Source: Pseudomonadales bacterium
GTDB lineage: Bacteria > Patescibacteriota > Microgenomatia > UBA1400 > PJMF01
Direction of reading: 5' to 3'
Assembly (NCBI GenBank): GCA_020632255.1
Contig: JACKFX010000001.1
Span: forward strand, 58,734 to 122,733
DNA length: 64,000 nucleotides
The translations under genes and the position numbers were made by a program. How positions within the stretch are numbered: position 1 is the first letter of the stretch; every line of letters starts with the position of its first letter. Shown in pieces: positions 33,205-43,028 of this stretch. The notes under the pieces are model-generated. The model saw only the letters and a list, made by a program, of their open reading frames with translations. It was not told where the DNA came from and made no database searches.

Positions 33205-34752
33205 TTACTTGTTCTTCAAATCAAGCTCACGGTTAATAGTTCCCATGACTTGTGGACCGTTAAACACCATGCCAGTAATCATTTGAAGTAAGTCTGCCCC
33301 GGCATCAAGTTTTGCTTGTGCAGTAGCGGTGTCAAAAATGCCTCCACAGCCAATGATAGTAAAGCGATCATAGAAGTTATCTCGAGTTAGTTTGATCAAA
33401 GCATTTGAGCGTGCAAAAGTTGGTCGGCCACTGAGGTTTCCTTTACGCGACTTCCAAACTTTTCTGTCTTCTGGTGTAACAGCAGGATTATTCTTATCCT
33501 TTGTCAGGTTCCCAAAAATGACACCTTGCACATTGTGTTCATCAGCAACCGCTAGCAATTGTAGGGTTTCTTTTTCAGACTGATCAATTGGCATCTTGAT
33601 GTACAAAGGTTTACTCAGTTGGAGTGAATCGGTGACAGTCAGTAGTTGTTCTAATCGTGCTGATGAAGTAAAAGGTTCACCCCCAAAGGTGTTTGGACAG
33701 CTAATGTTTAATTCATAGTAGCTATGGTTAACGTGAGATTTTTCAAACACTAAAAAACCTTTGACGATATCCATAATTTGTTCTTGGTCGCTGTCAAAGT
33801 GAGCGTTAGTTGAAGCAATACTAATACCCACAGGAACGGTGAATTGAACACCTGTAAGTCTGCGAGCAACTTCTTTAGCCCCCAATGTTTTGAGCCCTTT
33901 GTTTACAATCAGAGCCTTTGAGTTGGGTAAACGACCCAAACGGGGTTTAGGGTTACCCTCATATGGTTGGTAGGTAACAGTACCAATTGTGTGCCACCCA
34001 AAACCGACGGGTCCTAAAATGCGTGCCATTTCGCCGTTATAGTCGAAGCCAGCACACAGGCCCATCTTATTTGGGAACAGAATTCCATCCTTCACAACTG
34101 CAGTTGTAGCTGAGTTGTAAGAAAAAACGATTGATGTTAACCAACGTGTGATAGCAAAACTTCCGAGTAATTTTCCAAAAAAAGTAAATTGATTATGGAC
34201 AGCTTCTGGGTCAACTAAAAAAAGAATTCTTTTTAGAATATTTTGATATAAAAATCCAATAGTTTTTTGACTCACAGCTTTTAGCAAGGAATGGGGACTA
34301 TTCTGAGTCATTCTAAAGTATTTCCAAGAAACGAAAAAAAGTGTTGCGCTTGTTACTGCTGAAATCAGGCAATACAAACACCAACCCTTAATGAGAACGG
34401 CCATGATAAAGACTAAATACATGGAGAACAAGAGTCCGAATGAAGTGATCAAGGTGTAGAGCTGTTGTGTAGAGGTATATGCTCGCAGTTTTTTTGGCAT
34501 CCATTTGGAGACATCAATTTCGAGCAGCAGTAAACTACCTAAAATAAGTAGTGTCGCATAATACAATAATCCTAATATTGAGACAGGTATTGGTCCAATA
34601 TGTGAGTACTTACTCAGTAGCACTGCTCCACAATCAAAGCCTGTTCCACAGGGTGGAATGATTCCCTGCATTTCCTCGAAGGTAATGTATCCTGCATCAG
34701 TAAGTCCAATGAGTGGAAGTGCAACATGCAGAAGAAGGAGAAAGAGTTTCAT
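33205..34752 (-). CDS. fusion protein: N-terminal VKOR (vitamin K epoxide reductase)-like membrane domain + C-terminal class-2 dihydroorotate dehydrogenase
   Basis: N-terminal 170 aa: loop Cys pair PPCGTGFDCG (Cx5C), SKYSHIGPIPVSILGLLYY, and a TM CXXC (GWCLYCL). C-terminal: GLCAGFDYNGE, NISCPNT, IIGCGGIFDTATAQAKLDAGADLLQMITGMVFNGPQV (PyrD). Confidence 0.6.
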   Translation of the reverse strand: MKLFLLLLHVALPLIGLTDAGYITFEEMQGIIPPCGTGFDCGAVLLSKYSHIGPIPVSILGLLYYATLLILGSLLLLEIDVSKWMPKKLRAYTSTQQLYTLITSFGLLFSMYLVFIMAVLIKGWCLYCLISAVTSATLFFVSWKYFRMTQNSPHSLLKAVSQKTIGFLYQNILKRILFLVDPEAVHNQFTFFGKLLGSFAITRWLTSIVFSYNSATTAVVKDGILFPNKMGLCAGFDYNGEMARILGPVGFGWHTIGTVTYQPYEGNPKPRLGRLPNSKALIVNKGLKTLGAKEVARRLTGVQFTVPVGISIASTNAHFDSDQEQIMDIVKGFLVFEKSHVNHSYYELNISCPNTFGGEPFTSSARLEQLLTVTDSLQLSKPLYIKMPIDQSEKETLQLLAVADEHNVQGVIFGNLTKDKNNPAVTPEDRKVWKSRKGNLSGRPTFARSNALIKLTRDNFYDRFTIIGCGGIFDTATAQAKLDAGADLLQMITGMVFNGPQVMGTINRELDLKNK

Positions 34753-34782
34753 GAGGTCATTCTACACGCTCTCGACGTGTTT

Positions 34783-35532
34783 TCAAGATTGCTTTTGGTA
34801 TTTTAGAGGTGTGACAATGTAGTAAGAATTGACACTTTCTTCTTTGCCATCGGCGCGGTAGGTGCTTATTTGTGAGAGGTTGGTTGCGTGCAAAAGCTTG
34901 GCAACTTCTCCGGGGGTGAAGTAATGACAGTACCGAATCGCCAAGGGACCTCTTTGCCAGTCTAAAAAGTAATCTTCATCTTCGAGTTCGTGTGTTCGGA
35001 TGTTAATTTCATGTGGATTGATTGTTTTTTTCCTAAGTCTCTCAAACTCCATAAATTGCCAAGTTGTGAAAACCAAAGTTCCGCTTTCTGTTAACAGTGA
35101 TGAAGCAGCTTTTATAAGTTGAGCACGTAGTTCGAAACTCGGAATGTGATGCATAACGCCGAAAATAGCAATCAGATTAAACTTTTGATCGGTCGGTACA
35201 AGAGGTGAACCACTTAAAAAGTTAGAAACGATATCGTTTTTTAAAAAGTCTCCTGAAGGATTTGCTGTTTTGGCTGCATCGAGTAACTGCTGGTTACTAT
35301 CAATACCGGTGTAGTTTGCTAAATTATGAAAATGCTCTGTGGCAAACGATCCAAATCTGCCGTTGCCACACCCAATATCTAGAACTGATGAAATTTTTTC
35401 TGCATCAATATGCTCAAGCAGCTTAATCCACCCTGGCCAGTAGTGGTTTCGACTGTTATCAAAGTCTGAAGCTACAGTTGTGTAAAATTCTGAGTTGAGT
35501 TTATTAAGTTGTGCGATGGTACTTTTTTGCAT
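34783..35532 (-). CDS. class I SAM-dependent methyltransferase
   Basis: VLDIGCGNGRF motif I. Confidence 0.6.
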   Translation of the reverse strand: MQKSTIAQLNKLNSEFYTTVASDFDNSRNHYWPGWIKLLEHIDAEKISSVLDIGCGNGRFGSFATEHFHNLANYTGIDSNQQLLDAAKTANPSGDFLKNDIVSNFLSGSPLVPTDQKFNLIAIFGVMHHIPSFELRAQLIKAASSLLTESGTLVFTTWQFMEFERLRKKTINPHEINIRTHELEDEDYFLDWQRGPLAIRYCHYFTPGEVAKLLHATNLSQISTYRADGKEESVNSYYIVTPLKYQKQS

Positions 35533-35590
35533 GATGTTTACACATTAATTTGCGTTGTAAGGTATACTATACCAGACAGAAATTAAAATT

Positions 35591-37441
35591 ATGTATCAGT
35601 TCAACCCAGAAGACTATTCAGATCAATTGGTACCCCTGCTCAAAAAGCTCGAAACGTACAAAACGCTAAGCCCCAAAGAGTTGGCGCGATTGGTAAAGAA
35701 ACACACCAAAACAAATGGTGATGTGTTGTCGAAGGACGAAATTATCCGTGGGTATCGACACTTTGCTGGGACACATGGACTAGCTCCATTTTCTGAAAGA
35801 GTTGTGAAGTTGGTAGCGATGAAGCCGATTCGCACTCAATCTGGTGTTTCGCCGGTTACCGTGCTTACAAAGCCGTTCCCCTGCCCTGGTCAGTGCATTT
35901 TTTGTCCCAATGATGTGAGGATGCCGAAGAGTTATTTGGCGGATGAGCCCGGCGCGCAGCGTGCCGAGCGAAATTGGTTCGATCCCTACCTTCAGACATA
36001 CAACCGTCTGCAAGCTCTCCACAACATTGGGCACACAGTTTCAAAAACAGAAATCATTGTCTTGGGAGGCACATGGTCTTTTTATCCTGAAGCGTATCAG
36101 ATTTGGTTCATCAAAGAATGTTTTCGGGCGCTCAATGATTTCGGAACACATGATGGTCGCGATCAGGTTTTGAGATGGTACGAAAATATGTCCACAGAGC
36201 TCAAGAAAAAAAATATCCAAAGAACTTCGGAACCAGAAACAAACAAGCGATCACTTGCTGATCACCAAATCGATGGTGAAGCCATGAAGAAAACATACAA
36301 CCGTGTTATCTCTGAACAGTACACTGCTCCAGAAAAATTGGGTGGCTTTGATGGTTACCAAACTGCAACATGGGAAGAGTTGGAAGCTGCTCAAAAAGAA
36401 AATGAAACTGCTGCTGTTCGCTGTGTGGGGTTGGTTATTGAAACTCGACCTGACAATATTTCAGAAGCAGAAGTCATCAGGGTTCGGAGACTTGGATGTA
36501 CCAAGACACAAATCGGAGTACAGTCTTTGCAAGACGAAGTGCTTGATAAAAACAAGCGAGGTCACAACGTAGCCGCTACTCGTAAAGCATTCAAATTACT
36601 GCGCCAAGCAGGTTTTAAAGTACATGCGCACTGGATGGCAAACTTGTATGGATCTGATGTTGAAAAGGACAAGCAGGATTTTGAAGGCTTATTTTCAGAT
36701 CCTGATTTTCATCCTGATGAGCTTAAAGTGTATCCTTGCAGTTTGATTGGCAGTGCAGAACTCATGCAGTACTACAAAGCTGGCAAGTGGCACCCCTACT
36801 CTCGTGAAGAATTAGCTGAAGTGTTGGCTCATGTTTTTAAGGCGACTCCAGAATATTGTCGTCTTACTCGTGTGATTCGAGATATTCCTTCAACCGACAT
36901 TGTTGAAGGCAATAAACTTACTAACTTCCGACAAATTGTTGAAAAGAAACTCAAAGATGAGGGTGTGGTTGTTACAGATATTCGTGCTCGAGAAATTAAA
37001 AATGGCACGTTTGATCCTAAAGATATTGAGTTCAAAGTGATTCAGTACGAAACTTCTGTGAGTACAGAATATTTCTTGCAATATGTGGTTCCCGAAAAAA
37101 AAGTGCGTTTTGTCCAGAAACGTCAGCAACATACAGACGATATTATTTTAGGCTTTTTACGACTTTCAATTCCCAAAGAGAAAAATTTTATTGAAGAACT
37201 CACAGATGCGGCGATTGTTCGTGAAGTCCATGTGTATGGAAGTGTGGTGGCAGTTGGTAAAGATAGCAGTAGTAAGCCTCAGCACTTGGGTTTGGGTAAA
37301 AAATTATTAGATGAAGCTACCAGAATTTCGACACAGAATGGTTTTAAAAAGTTAGCGGTTATTTCTGGAATTGGAACTCGAGAGTACTACCGTATGCGTG
37401 GATTCAAAGACGGAAACCTTTATCAAGTGAAAGATATGTAG
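35591..37441 (+). CDS. ELP3-family radical SAM / GNAT protein (tRNA wobble-uridine modification, Elongator subunit 3 homolog)
   Basis: Radical-SAM cluster FPCPGQCIFCPND, an ELP3-type central domain and a C-terminal GNAT (HLGLGKKLLDEA). Confidence 0.7.
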   Translation: MYQFNPEDYSDQLVPLLKKLETYKTLSPKELARLVKKHTKTNGDVLSKDEIIRGYRHFAGTHGLAPFSERVVKLVAMKPIRTQSGVSPVTVLTKPFPCPGQCIFCPNDVRMPKSYLADEPGAQRAERNWFDPYLQTYNRLQALHNIGHTVSKTEIIVLGGTWSFYPEAYQIWFIKECFRALNDFGTHDGRDQVLRWYENMSTELKKKNIQRTSEPETNKRSLADHQIDGEAMKKTYNRVISEQYTAPEKLGGFDGYQTATWEELEAAQKENETAAVRCVGLVIETRPDNISEAEVIRVRRLGCTKTQIGVQSLQDEVLDKNKRGHNVAATRKAFKLLRQAGFKVHAHWMANLYGSDVEKDKQDFEGLFSDPDFHPDELKVYPCSLIGSAELMQYYKAGKWHPYSREELAEVLAHVFKATPEYCRLTRVIRDIPSTDIVEGNKLTNFRQIVEKKLKDEGVVVTDIRAREIKNGTFDPKDIEFKVIQYETSVSTEYFLQYVVPEKKVRFVQKRQQHTDDIILGFLRLSIPKEKNFIEELTDAAIVREVHVYGSVVAVGKDSSSKPQHLGLGKKLLDEATRISTQNGFKKLAVISGIGTREYYRMRGFKDGNLYQVKDM

Positions 37442-37449
37442 TTGAGTGA

Positions 37450-37779
37450 CTACTCGTCCATACCAAAACGGTCACGGGTGAAGTTAATTTTGCGTTGCAT
37501 GACTTCTTTGACGTCGATATCAAGCTCAATACCAAGCAGAATTAATGAGCCAAGAACATCGGCAAATTCATCTTCAACATTTTCTTTGCTGAATTTTTCA
37601 ATTTTTGTGTTTCTTTGCAGGTTCATTGATGTCAAGATTTCATCAGAAAGTTCACCAAGTTCTTCCATGATTTTCATTGTGCGTGCAAAGGTGCGTTGCT
37701 CATGATTTTTTAGGGGCCAGCGAGTGTTTAAGAAACTGCTGATTTCTGCATATTGTTTTACGAGTGAGTCTATAGTCAT
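37450..37779 (-). CDS. MazG-like NTP pyrophosphohydrolase domain protein
   Basis: IMEELGELSDEIL…EFADVLGSLILLGIELDIDV EEXX(E/D) helical pair. Confidence 0.45.
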   Translation of the reverse strand: MTIDSLVKQYAEISSFLNTRWPLKNHEQRTFARTMKIMEELGELSDEILTSMNLQRNTKIEKFSKENVEDEFADVLGSLILLGIELDIDVKEVMQRKINFTRDRFGMDE

Positions 37780-39191
37780 GCCTGTATTTTATCACTATCT
37801 GAGGAGATACTGAGAGCAATCTCTCTCTGTTTTTTTTGAAACCCAATCCCGAGACCTGGGATGTATTGTAATTGGTGTGGTTGAATCACTGAAAGGATTC
37901 GGGCAGAAACGGGTGGAAGTGGTGTATGAAGTTTTGATGAAATTGCTTGCAAACTTCGTAGAACATCACTGTTAATAGCTCTATCTAAACGTTTTTGCAG
38001 TTTTTGTTTTGGGATACACGAACTACAGTTGTAACAATGGTGGGTTTTTGTAGTGAAGTAGTGTGCGAGCTGTTGCGTTTTACAGTTTTTTGTTAGCAGT
38101 ATTGATTGCATTATTTGCGCATTTCGCTCTGTGTAAGCTTTTTTTTGTGCAGAGGCATTTTTTGTAACAAAAGAAAGCCGGTTTGAAAGATCTTTTTCTG
38201 AATAAAATGTGTAACACCACGATTGTTTTTGGTCTCTCCCTGCTCTGCCGATTTCTTGTGAGTAGTCTTCAACTGAGATAGGAGTATCAAAATGAACTAC
38301 AAATCGCACATCGGGTTTATCTACACCCATACCAAATGCATTGGTAGCAACTACGATGTTGCATGATCCTGCGATAAAAGCATCTTGTACACTTTTTCTT
38401 TCTTCTGGGGCTAGTCCGCCGTGGTAGAAAGAGACTGATCGGTCAGGAAAAAGTCGGGATAGCACGAGTGCGACATACTCGCATTGTTTTCGTGTTGCCG
38501 CATAAATAATACCATCTTGGTTTGAGTGAATCTTGAGAATTTCAAACACGAATAGTAGCTTGATGACCTGAGTCGGTGTGTTCATGATTTGAAGTGATAA
38601 GTTTTTTCGTACTGCGGCTTGAGTGAAGACTGCTGGGTCCTGGAGAGTAAGATGCCCAGTGATATCTTTAAGGATCCGAGTTGTTGCTGTTGCCGTTACT
38701 GCGAGTATTGGTGGACGGTTTTTGGTAAAATAAGAAATAATTTTGGTGTAGCTAGGCCTAAAGTCATTTCCCCAAATACTTATACAGTGGGCTTCGTCTA
38801 TCACGAGGAGTGAAAGAGTAAGAGATTCAAGAGGGATAGTGGCTAACCTTTCAGGTGAAAGATACAAGAGTTTTAATTCATTATTTTGGGCAGCTTTGAG
38901 CCGCTGGTTTTGTTCCTCTGTTGAGAGTGAGCTATTAATGAACGTCGCTGCGATATTTCTTTTTTGTAGTGCTTGCACTTGATCTTGCATGAGAGAAATA
39001 AGCGGTGAGATGACAATTGTTAAACCTGGAAGTGAAAGAGCTGGAACTTGAAAGCAAAGTGACTTCCCTCCCCCCGTTGGTAAGATTGCAACGGTATCTC
39101 TTTTTGAGAGAATGGAATCAATTATTTCTCTCTGCCCTTCACGAAAAGAAGAGTACCCCCAATATTTTTGCAGAATAGTTTTTGGTTCCAT
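37776..39191 (-). CDS. recQ: RecQ-family ATP-dependent DNA helicase (471 aa, short form)
   Basis: FREGQREIIDSIL, Walker A PTGGGKSLCFQ, DEAH (VIDEAHCIS) and C-terminal zinc cysteines CYNCSSC. Confidence 0.8.
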   Translation of the reverse strand: MEPKTILQKYWGYSSFREGQREIIDSILSKRDTVAILPTGGGKSLCFQVPALSLPGLTIVISPLISLMQDQVQALQKRNIAATFINSSLSTEEQNQRLKAAQNNELKLLYLSPERLATIPLESLTLSLLVIDEAHCISIWGNDFRPSYTKIISYFTKNRPPILAVTATATTRILKDITGHLTLQDPAVFTQAAVRKNLSLQIMNTPTQVIKLLFVFEILKIHSNQDGIIYAATRKQCEYVALVLSRLFPDRSVSFYHGGLAPEERKSVQDAFIAGSCNIVVATNAFGMGVDKPDVRFVVHFDTPISVEDYSQEIGRAGRDQKQSWCYTFYSEKDLSNRLSFVTKNASAQKKAYTERNAQIMQSILLTKNCKTQQLAHYFTTKTHHCYNCSSCIPKQKLQKRLDRAINSDVLRSLQAISSKLHTPLPPVSARILSVIQPHQLQYIPGLGIGFQKKQREIALSISSDSDKIQA

Positions 39192-39226
39192 GGAGAACAG
39201 TATAAAAAAGAAATCTGACGCGAAAC

Positions 39227-39793
39227 TTACATGAGTTCAGTGTGGCGAAAGCAATTTGTAGTGTGATCATTGACCATCCCCACAGCCTGCATGAATGCAT
39301 ACATGATTGTTGGCCCAACAAAATTACAGCCACGTTTTTTGAGGTCTTTGCTGAGGGCAACAGAAACACTGGTTTGAGCTGGAATGAGACAGAGTTTTTT
39401 GAACTCATTTTTAATTGGCGCATTTTCAACAAAACTCCAAAGATAGGCATCAAAACTGCCAATTTCTTTTTGAATAGCTAAGACGGCTTGGGCATTTTTT
39501 CGTGTGGAGTAGACTTTAAGTTTGTTTTTTACAATGCCAGAGTCTATAAGTAGTGCATCTAGTTCTGTATCGGACATCTTGGCAACTTTTGAAATCTCAA
39601 AATGGTGAAAGGCTTGTTGGTAGGCTGATCGTTTTTTGAGAATTGTTTCCCATGAGAGTCCAGCCTGAGCTCCTTCCAAAATCAAAAACTCAAAGAGTTT
39701 TTGGTCATCATGAACAGGAACACCCCACTCTTCGTCATGGTAGGTAACATACTTTGGATTGTCGAGATTTACCCAACCACAGCGTTGTTTCAT
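39227..39793 (-). CDS. tag: DNA-3-methyladenine glycosylase I
   Basis: CGWVNLDNPKYVTYHDEEWGVPVHDD and the overall Tag fold signature. Confidence 0.75.
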   Translation of the reverse strand: MKQRCGWVNLDNPKYVTYHDEEWGVPVHDDQKLFEFLILEGAQAGLSWETILKKRSAYQQAFHHFEISKVAKMSDTELDALLIDSGIVKNKLKVYSTRKNAQAVLAIQKEIGSFDAYLWSFVENAPIKNEFKKLCLIPAQTSVSVALSKDLKKRGCNFVGPTIMYAFMQAVGMVNDHTTNCFRHTELM

Positions 39794-40995
39794 TATTTGA
39801 GGTATTTTTTCTTTTTTAATTTGTCAGGCAAGAGTGACTTTTTTGCGTCAGGATACATTTCGTAGCCTTTGCCGTAGCCTTGTTGTTTCATCAGGTCAGT
39901 GGGAGCGTTTCGAAGCTCGAGTGGAATAGGTAGGTTCCCGTGTCGTTCGACATCTCTGAGAGCATCGAAATAGGCATCATGGGCACTGCGGTCTTTTTTG
40001 CATTTAGCTAGGTAAGCAACCCCATGTGCCAAATTAATTTGAGCCTCGGGATAGCCAATTTTGCTGACAGCGTCAAAGACGGCGTTGGCAACCACAAGTG
40101 CGGTAGGTGCAGCAAGACCGATGTCTTCACTGGCAAAGATGACCATCCGTCGAGCAATGAATTTTGGATCCTCACCTGCGCTGACCATGCGCGCCAAGTA
40201 ATACAGCGCAGCGTCTGTATTACTGGCGCGCATACTCTTTATAAAAGCACTAATGGTATCATAGTGTTCTTCTCCTTTTTTGTCGTAGTTAAGGTGTGAA
40301 GACTGCAGTGATTCTTTGAGGGTTTTGGTGGTGATTTCTTCGTAAATGGTGTGGGTTTGATCCAGTAAATTGAGGAGTTTTCGGGCGTCTCCATTGCTGA
40401 AGCGAATCAGCCAGTCTTTGGCTTCATCATCCAGTGAAAGTTTAAGGTGTTTTTCTGCGATGGTAAGTAATTTCTGTAAGTCATCTGCAGTGTGTTGTTT
40501 AAGGACAAAGACTTTACAGCGTGAGAGCAACGCAGAGTTGACTTCAAAGCTTGGATTCTCGGTAGTCGCACCGATTAGAATGAGGTCTCCACTTTCAACA
40601 AATGGTAGTAAGTAATCTTGCTGAGCTTTGTTGAAACGATGGATTTCATCCAAGAAAAGAATTGGAGCCTCATATGATTGTCCCAACTGTTTTTGACTTT
40701 CACTTTGCTGCACAATCTTGCGAATATCATCTTTCTTGGCAGACACAGCACTGAGTTCATAAATATCTCGGTTATGAGTGTGGGCAATAATGCGAGCTAA
40801 AGTGGTTTTGCCAACTCCTGGTGGTCCCCAAAAGATCATGGAAAAAATGTGACCCTTCTCAATGGCTATACGGAGCGGTTTGCCTTCATCAACGAGATGA
40901 GATTGGCCAATATATGTATCAAGTGAATCTGGACGAAGGGTAATTGCGAGATTGGGCATAACCCTAATGTAACCCAAAGATTGGGAGTGAATCAA
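39793..40995 (-). CDS. rarA: replication-associated recombination protein A (RarA/MgsA AAA+ ATPase)
   Basis: GPPGVGKTTLARIIA Walker A, LFLDEIHRFNKAQQD, ATTENPSFEVNSALLSR. Confidence 0.8.
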   Translation of the reverse strand: MIHSQSLGYIRVMPNLAITLRPDSLDTYIGQSHLVDEGKPLRIAIEKGHIFSMIFWGPPGVGKTTLARIIAHTHNRDIYELSAVSAKKDDIRKIVQQSESQKQLGQSYEAPILFLDEIHRFNKAQQDYLLPFVESGDLILIGATTENPSFEVNSALLSRCKVFVLKQHTADDLQKLLTIAEKHLKLSLDDEAKDWLIRFSNGDARKLLNLLDQTHTIYEEITTKTLKESLQSSHLNYDKKGEEHYDTISAFIKSMRASNTDAALYYLARMVSAGEDPKFIARRMVIFASEDIGLAAPTALVVANAVFDAVSKIGYPEAQINLAHGVAYLAKCKKDRSAHDAYFDALRDVERHGNLPIPLELRNAPTDLMKQQGYGKGYEMYPDAKKSLLPDKLKKKKYLK

Positions 40996-41012
40996 GAGGC
41001 AACTTTTGGGTT

Positions 41013-41990
41013 TTATTGGTTCAAGATCTTGATGAAATGGTCTTTGATTTTTTCGGTTACTTCAATTTCAACCCCACCTACTCCAGGCTGGCCATAATAG
41101 ACAAAGCTTCCAAGCGGTGCAGATAAAACAGCAGGAATGGCTAAGAGATCTTCTTCTCCATCTACCTGAATGTGACCATCTTTTTGATCGGTACAGAATT
41201 GGGATATTACTCTTGAGGCTTCCGATGAAATAGAGCCAGCAGGATTTGAAACGTTAGCAGAAACAGAAAGTGCATTAATAATATTTGAGTGATACGTTTC
41301 TCTTTCACAAATGCCGTCAAAAATACCCAGGTTATATTCCCATTCAAATGAGTTAAAGCGTTCGAGGGTTGAGTCGCCAACAACTATTTTATAGCTCGGT
41401 CTTGAATCAGGTTGGTTGACAATTTTTCCTTGCAGCTTAGAGAGTGCTTTTCGTTGTGGTTCAGAAAGAGTGATTGTATTTGCGAGTGCTGCGCTGTACA
41501 CAAATCCGCCTCGAGAAATCTCTCCAGCTCTGATTCGATCTGAATGAATTGGCTGACCATCTTCTGCTGGTACCATATTCACAATATGGACTGGAAGTGA
41601 TTTGAGTCCGAGTTGTTCACGCACCACGTTAATTTTATCTGCACCCGCAGCAGTTTCAGTCGTTACAAAGAGCGCATCTTGTTTGATATCTGGATCTATG
41701 GTTGGCCCATAGATGTCGTGAAGTTCAACGAGTTCAATAGAGTATCCTTGTTTTTTACAGTAATTACCCACACTTCGAAATCTAACCTTAAGCGGTTCAA
41801 TACTGAAGCGATACTTTTTGTTATGAAGCAATTTTTTTGAGCTTACCCCGATGATAAGTCGCTGGCCCATGTTGGCAGCGGCATCAATGAAGGCCTTGTG
41901 GCCATCATGGAAATGGTCAAATGTGCCACCTAAAACAACGGTAATGTATTTTTTTCGATTTTTCATAGTCTGCTGAAGTTTCAACACCAC
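41013..41990 (-). CDS. fusion of archaeal-type phosphopantetheine adenylyltransferase (cytidylyltransferase-like GGTFDHFHDGH) with a DUF359 GTP-dependent dephospho-CoA kinase-like domain
   Basis: N-terminus VVLGGTFDHFHDGHKAF. C-terminus VVGDSTLERF…GIFDG…VDGEEDLLAIPAVLSAPLGSFVYYGQPGVG matches the DUF359 hallmarks (GEEDL, YGQP). Confidence 0.55.
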   Translation of the reverse strand: MVLKLQQTMKNRKKYITVVLGGTFDHFHDGHKAFIDAAANMGQRLIIGVSSKKLLHNKKYRFSIEPLKVRFRSVGNYCKKQGYSIELVELHDIYGPTIDPDIKQDALFVTTETAAGADKINVVREQLGLKSLPVHIVNMVPAEDGQPIHSDRIRAGEISRGGFVYSAALANTITLSEPQRKALSKLQGKIVNQPDSRPSYKIVVGDSTLERFNSFEWEYNLGIFDGICERETYHSNIINALSVSANVSNPAGSISSEASRVISQFCTDQKDGHIQVDGEEDLLAIPAVLSAPLGSFVYYGQPGVGGVEIEVTEKIKDHFIKILNQ

Positions 41991-42111
41991 ATATTATACC
42001 TCGAAAAGGCATAAAAAAAACTCCCGGGGGTGGGAGTGGAAAAAGGGGGGGCCGCAGTCTATTAAGACTTTGGCCCCGATCAGATTAGATCGTTTTACCC
42101 TTTTTGTAATT

Positions 42112-42420
42112 CTAGCTGATGTCATTCAAGACTGCGGCATTTTCGGCCAGCTCAGCTTTCGCAGCTTCCACTTCAGCCTCAGCTTCTTTCAGCTCGGCTT
42201 TCAGTGCTGTGACGCGGGCTTCTGCTTTTTCCAAACGGCCGGTAGCGGCTTCAACAGCCGCCTGTACGGCGCTACGGATGTCTTCGATGGTCTTGTCGGT
42301 GGCGGTTGCAACCACAGATAACATCGATTTGATCTGGCGGTTGAATTTCGTCGTCAGACGATTTTCCAGTTCTGCCATTTCGTTTTCATGCGTTTCGCGT
42401 TTAATCCAGGGAAAGTTCAT
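42112..42420 (-). CDS. coiled-coil protein in a GC-rich islet, unknown
   Basis: A/E/K heptad-rich sequence. Local GC is about 52% against ~38% for the surroundings. Confidence 0.35.
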   Translation of the reverse strand: MNFPWIKRETHENEMAELENRLTTKFNRQIKSMLSVVATATDKTIEDIRSAVQAAVEAATGRLEKAEARVTALKAELKEAEAEVEAAKAELAENAAVLNDIS

Positions 42421-42644
42421 TTGCTTGCTCCTATAGGAAAAAATTGGTCCGTACGGGACAGGGTTAAAACAATCTGTTAAAGGTTGTGTTGCCGCTTTTC
42501 AGGGCCGAGAGCCTATTAAGGTCAGCCATAAGCGGACAACAATAGCAATTAATGTCAATAGTTAAAACTATTATGATATAATTACCCATCTTTAACAATC
42601 CCACTAGGTCAAGTCTTTACCTTGACACCCACAGGAGAGTTTGT

Positions 42645-43010
42645 ATGGGTTACGGATACGGAATAAACGATTCAGAACCGCATGCCACAGATCACGATCA
42701 GCTTTTTCGAGCGTTCATGATGTGGGCATCACACCACCAGGCCTTTCTTGGTGAAGATGGTGTTCAAGTGACATATGCTGATCTGGGCTATGAGCTACAA
42801 AGTCCAGACGATGTATTTCAGCTCAAGTCACGTTCAAGTGCGAGTAAACTGAGTATGGCTGTCTATTTACAGTCACGCTTTGTGGCCGATACGGTATTTT
42901 TGGTTGTGCCAGCAAGTCATCATGGCACGATCCAGAGGAAGTTGGGAATTACGTTTCACTATCGCCGGGGACCGATTATCATGGTCCTTCGAAAGAAAAA
43001 AGAGCGGTAG
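42645..43010 (+). CDS. hypothetical protein in the GC-rich islet
   Basis: ORF only. Confidence 0.3.
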   Translation: MGYGYGINDSEPHATDHDQLFRAFMMWASHHQAFLGEDGVQVTYADLGYELQSPDDVFQLKSRSSASKLSMAVYLQSRFVADTVFLVVPASHHGTIQRKLGITFHYRRGPIIMVLRKKKER

Positions 43011-43028
43011 TGAGATGAAGAAAGTGTA

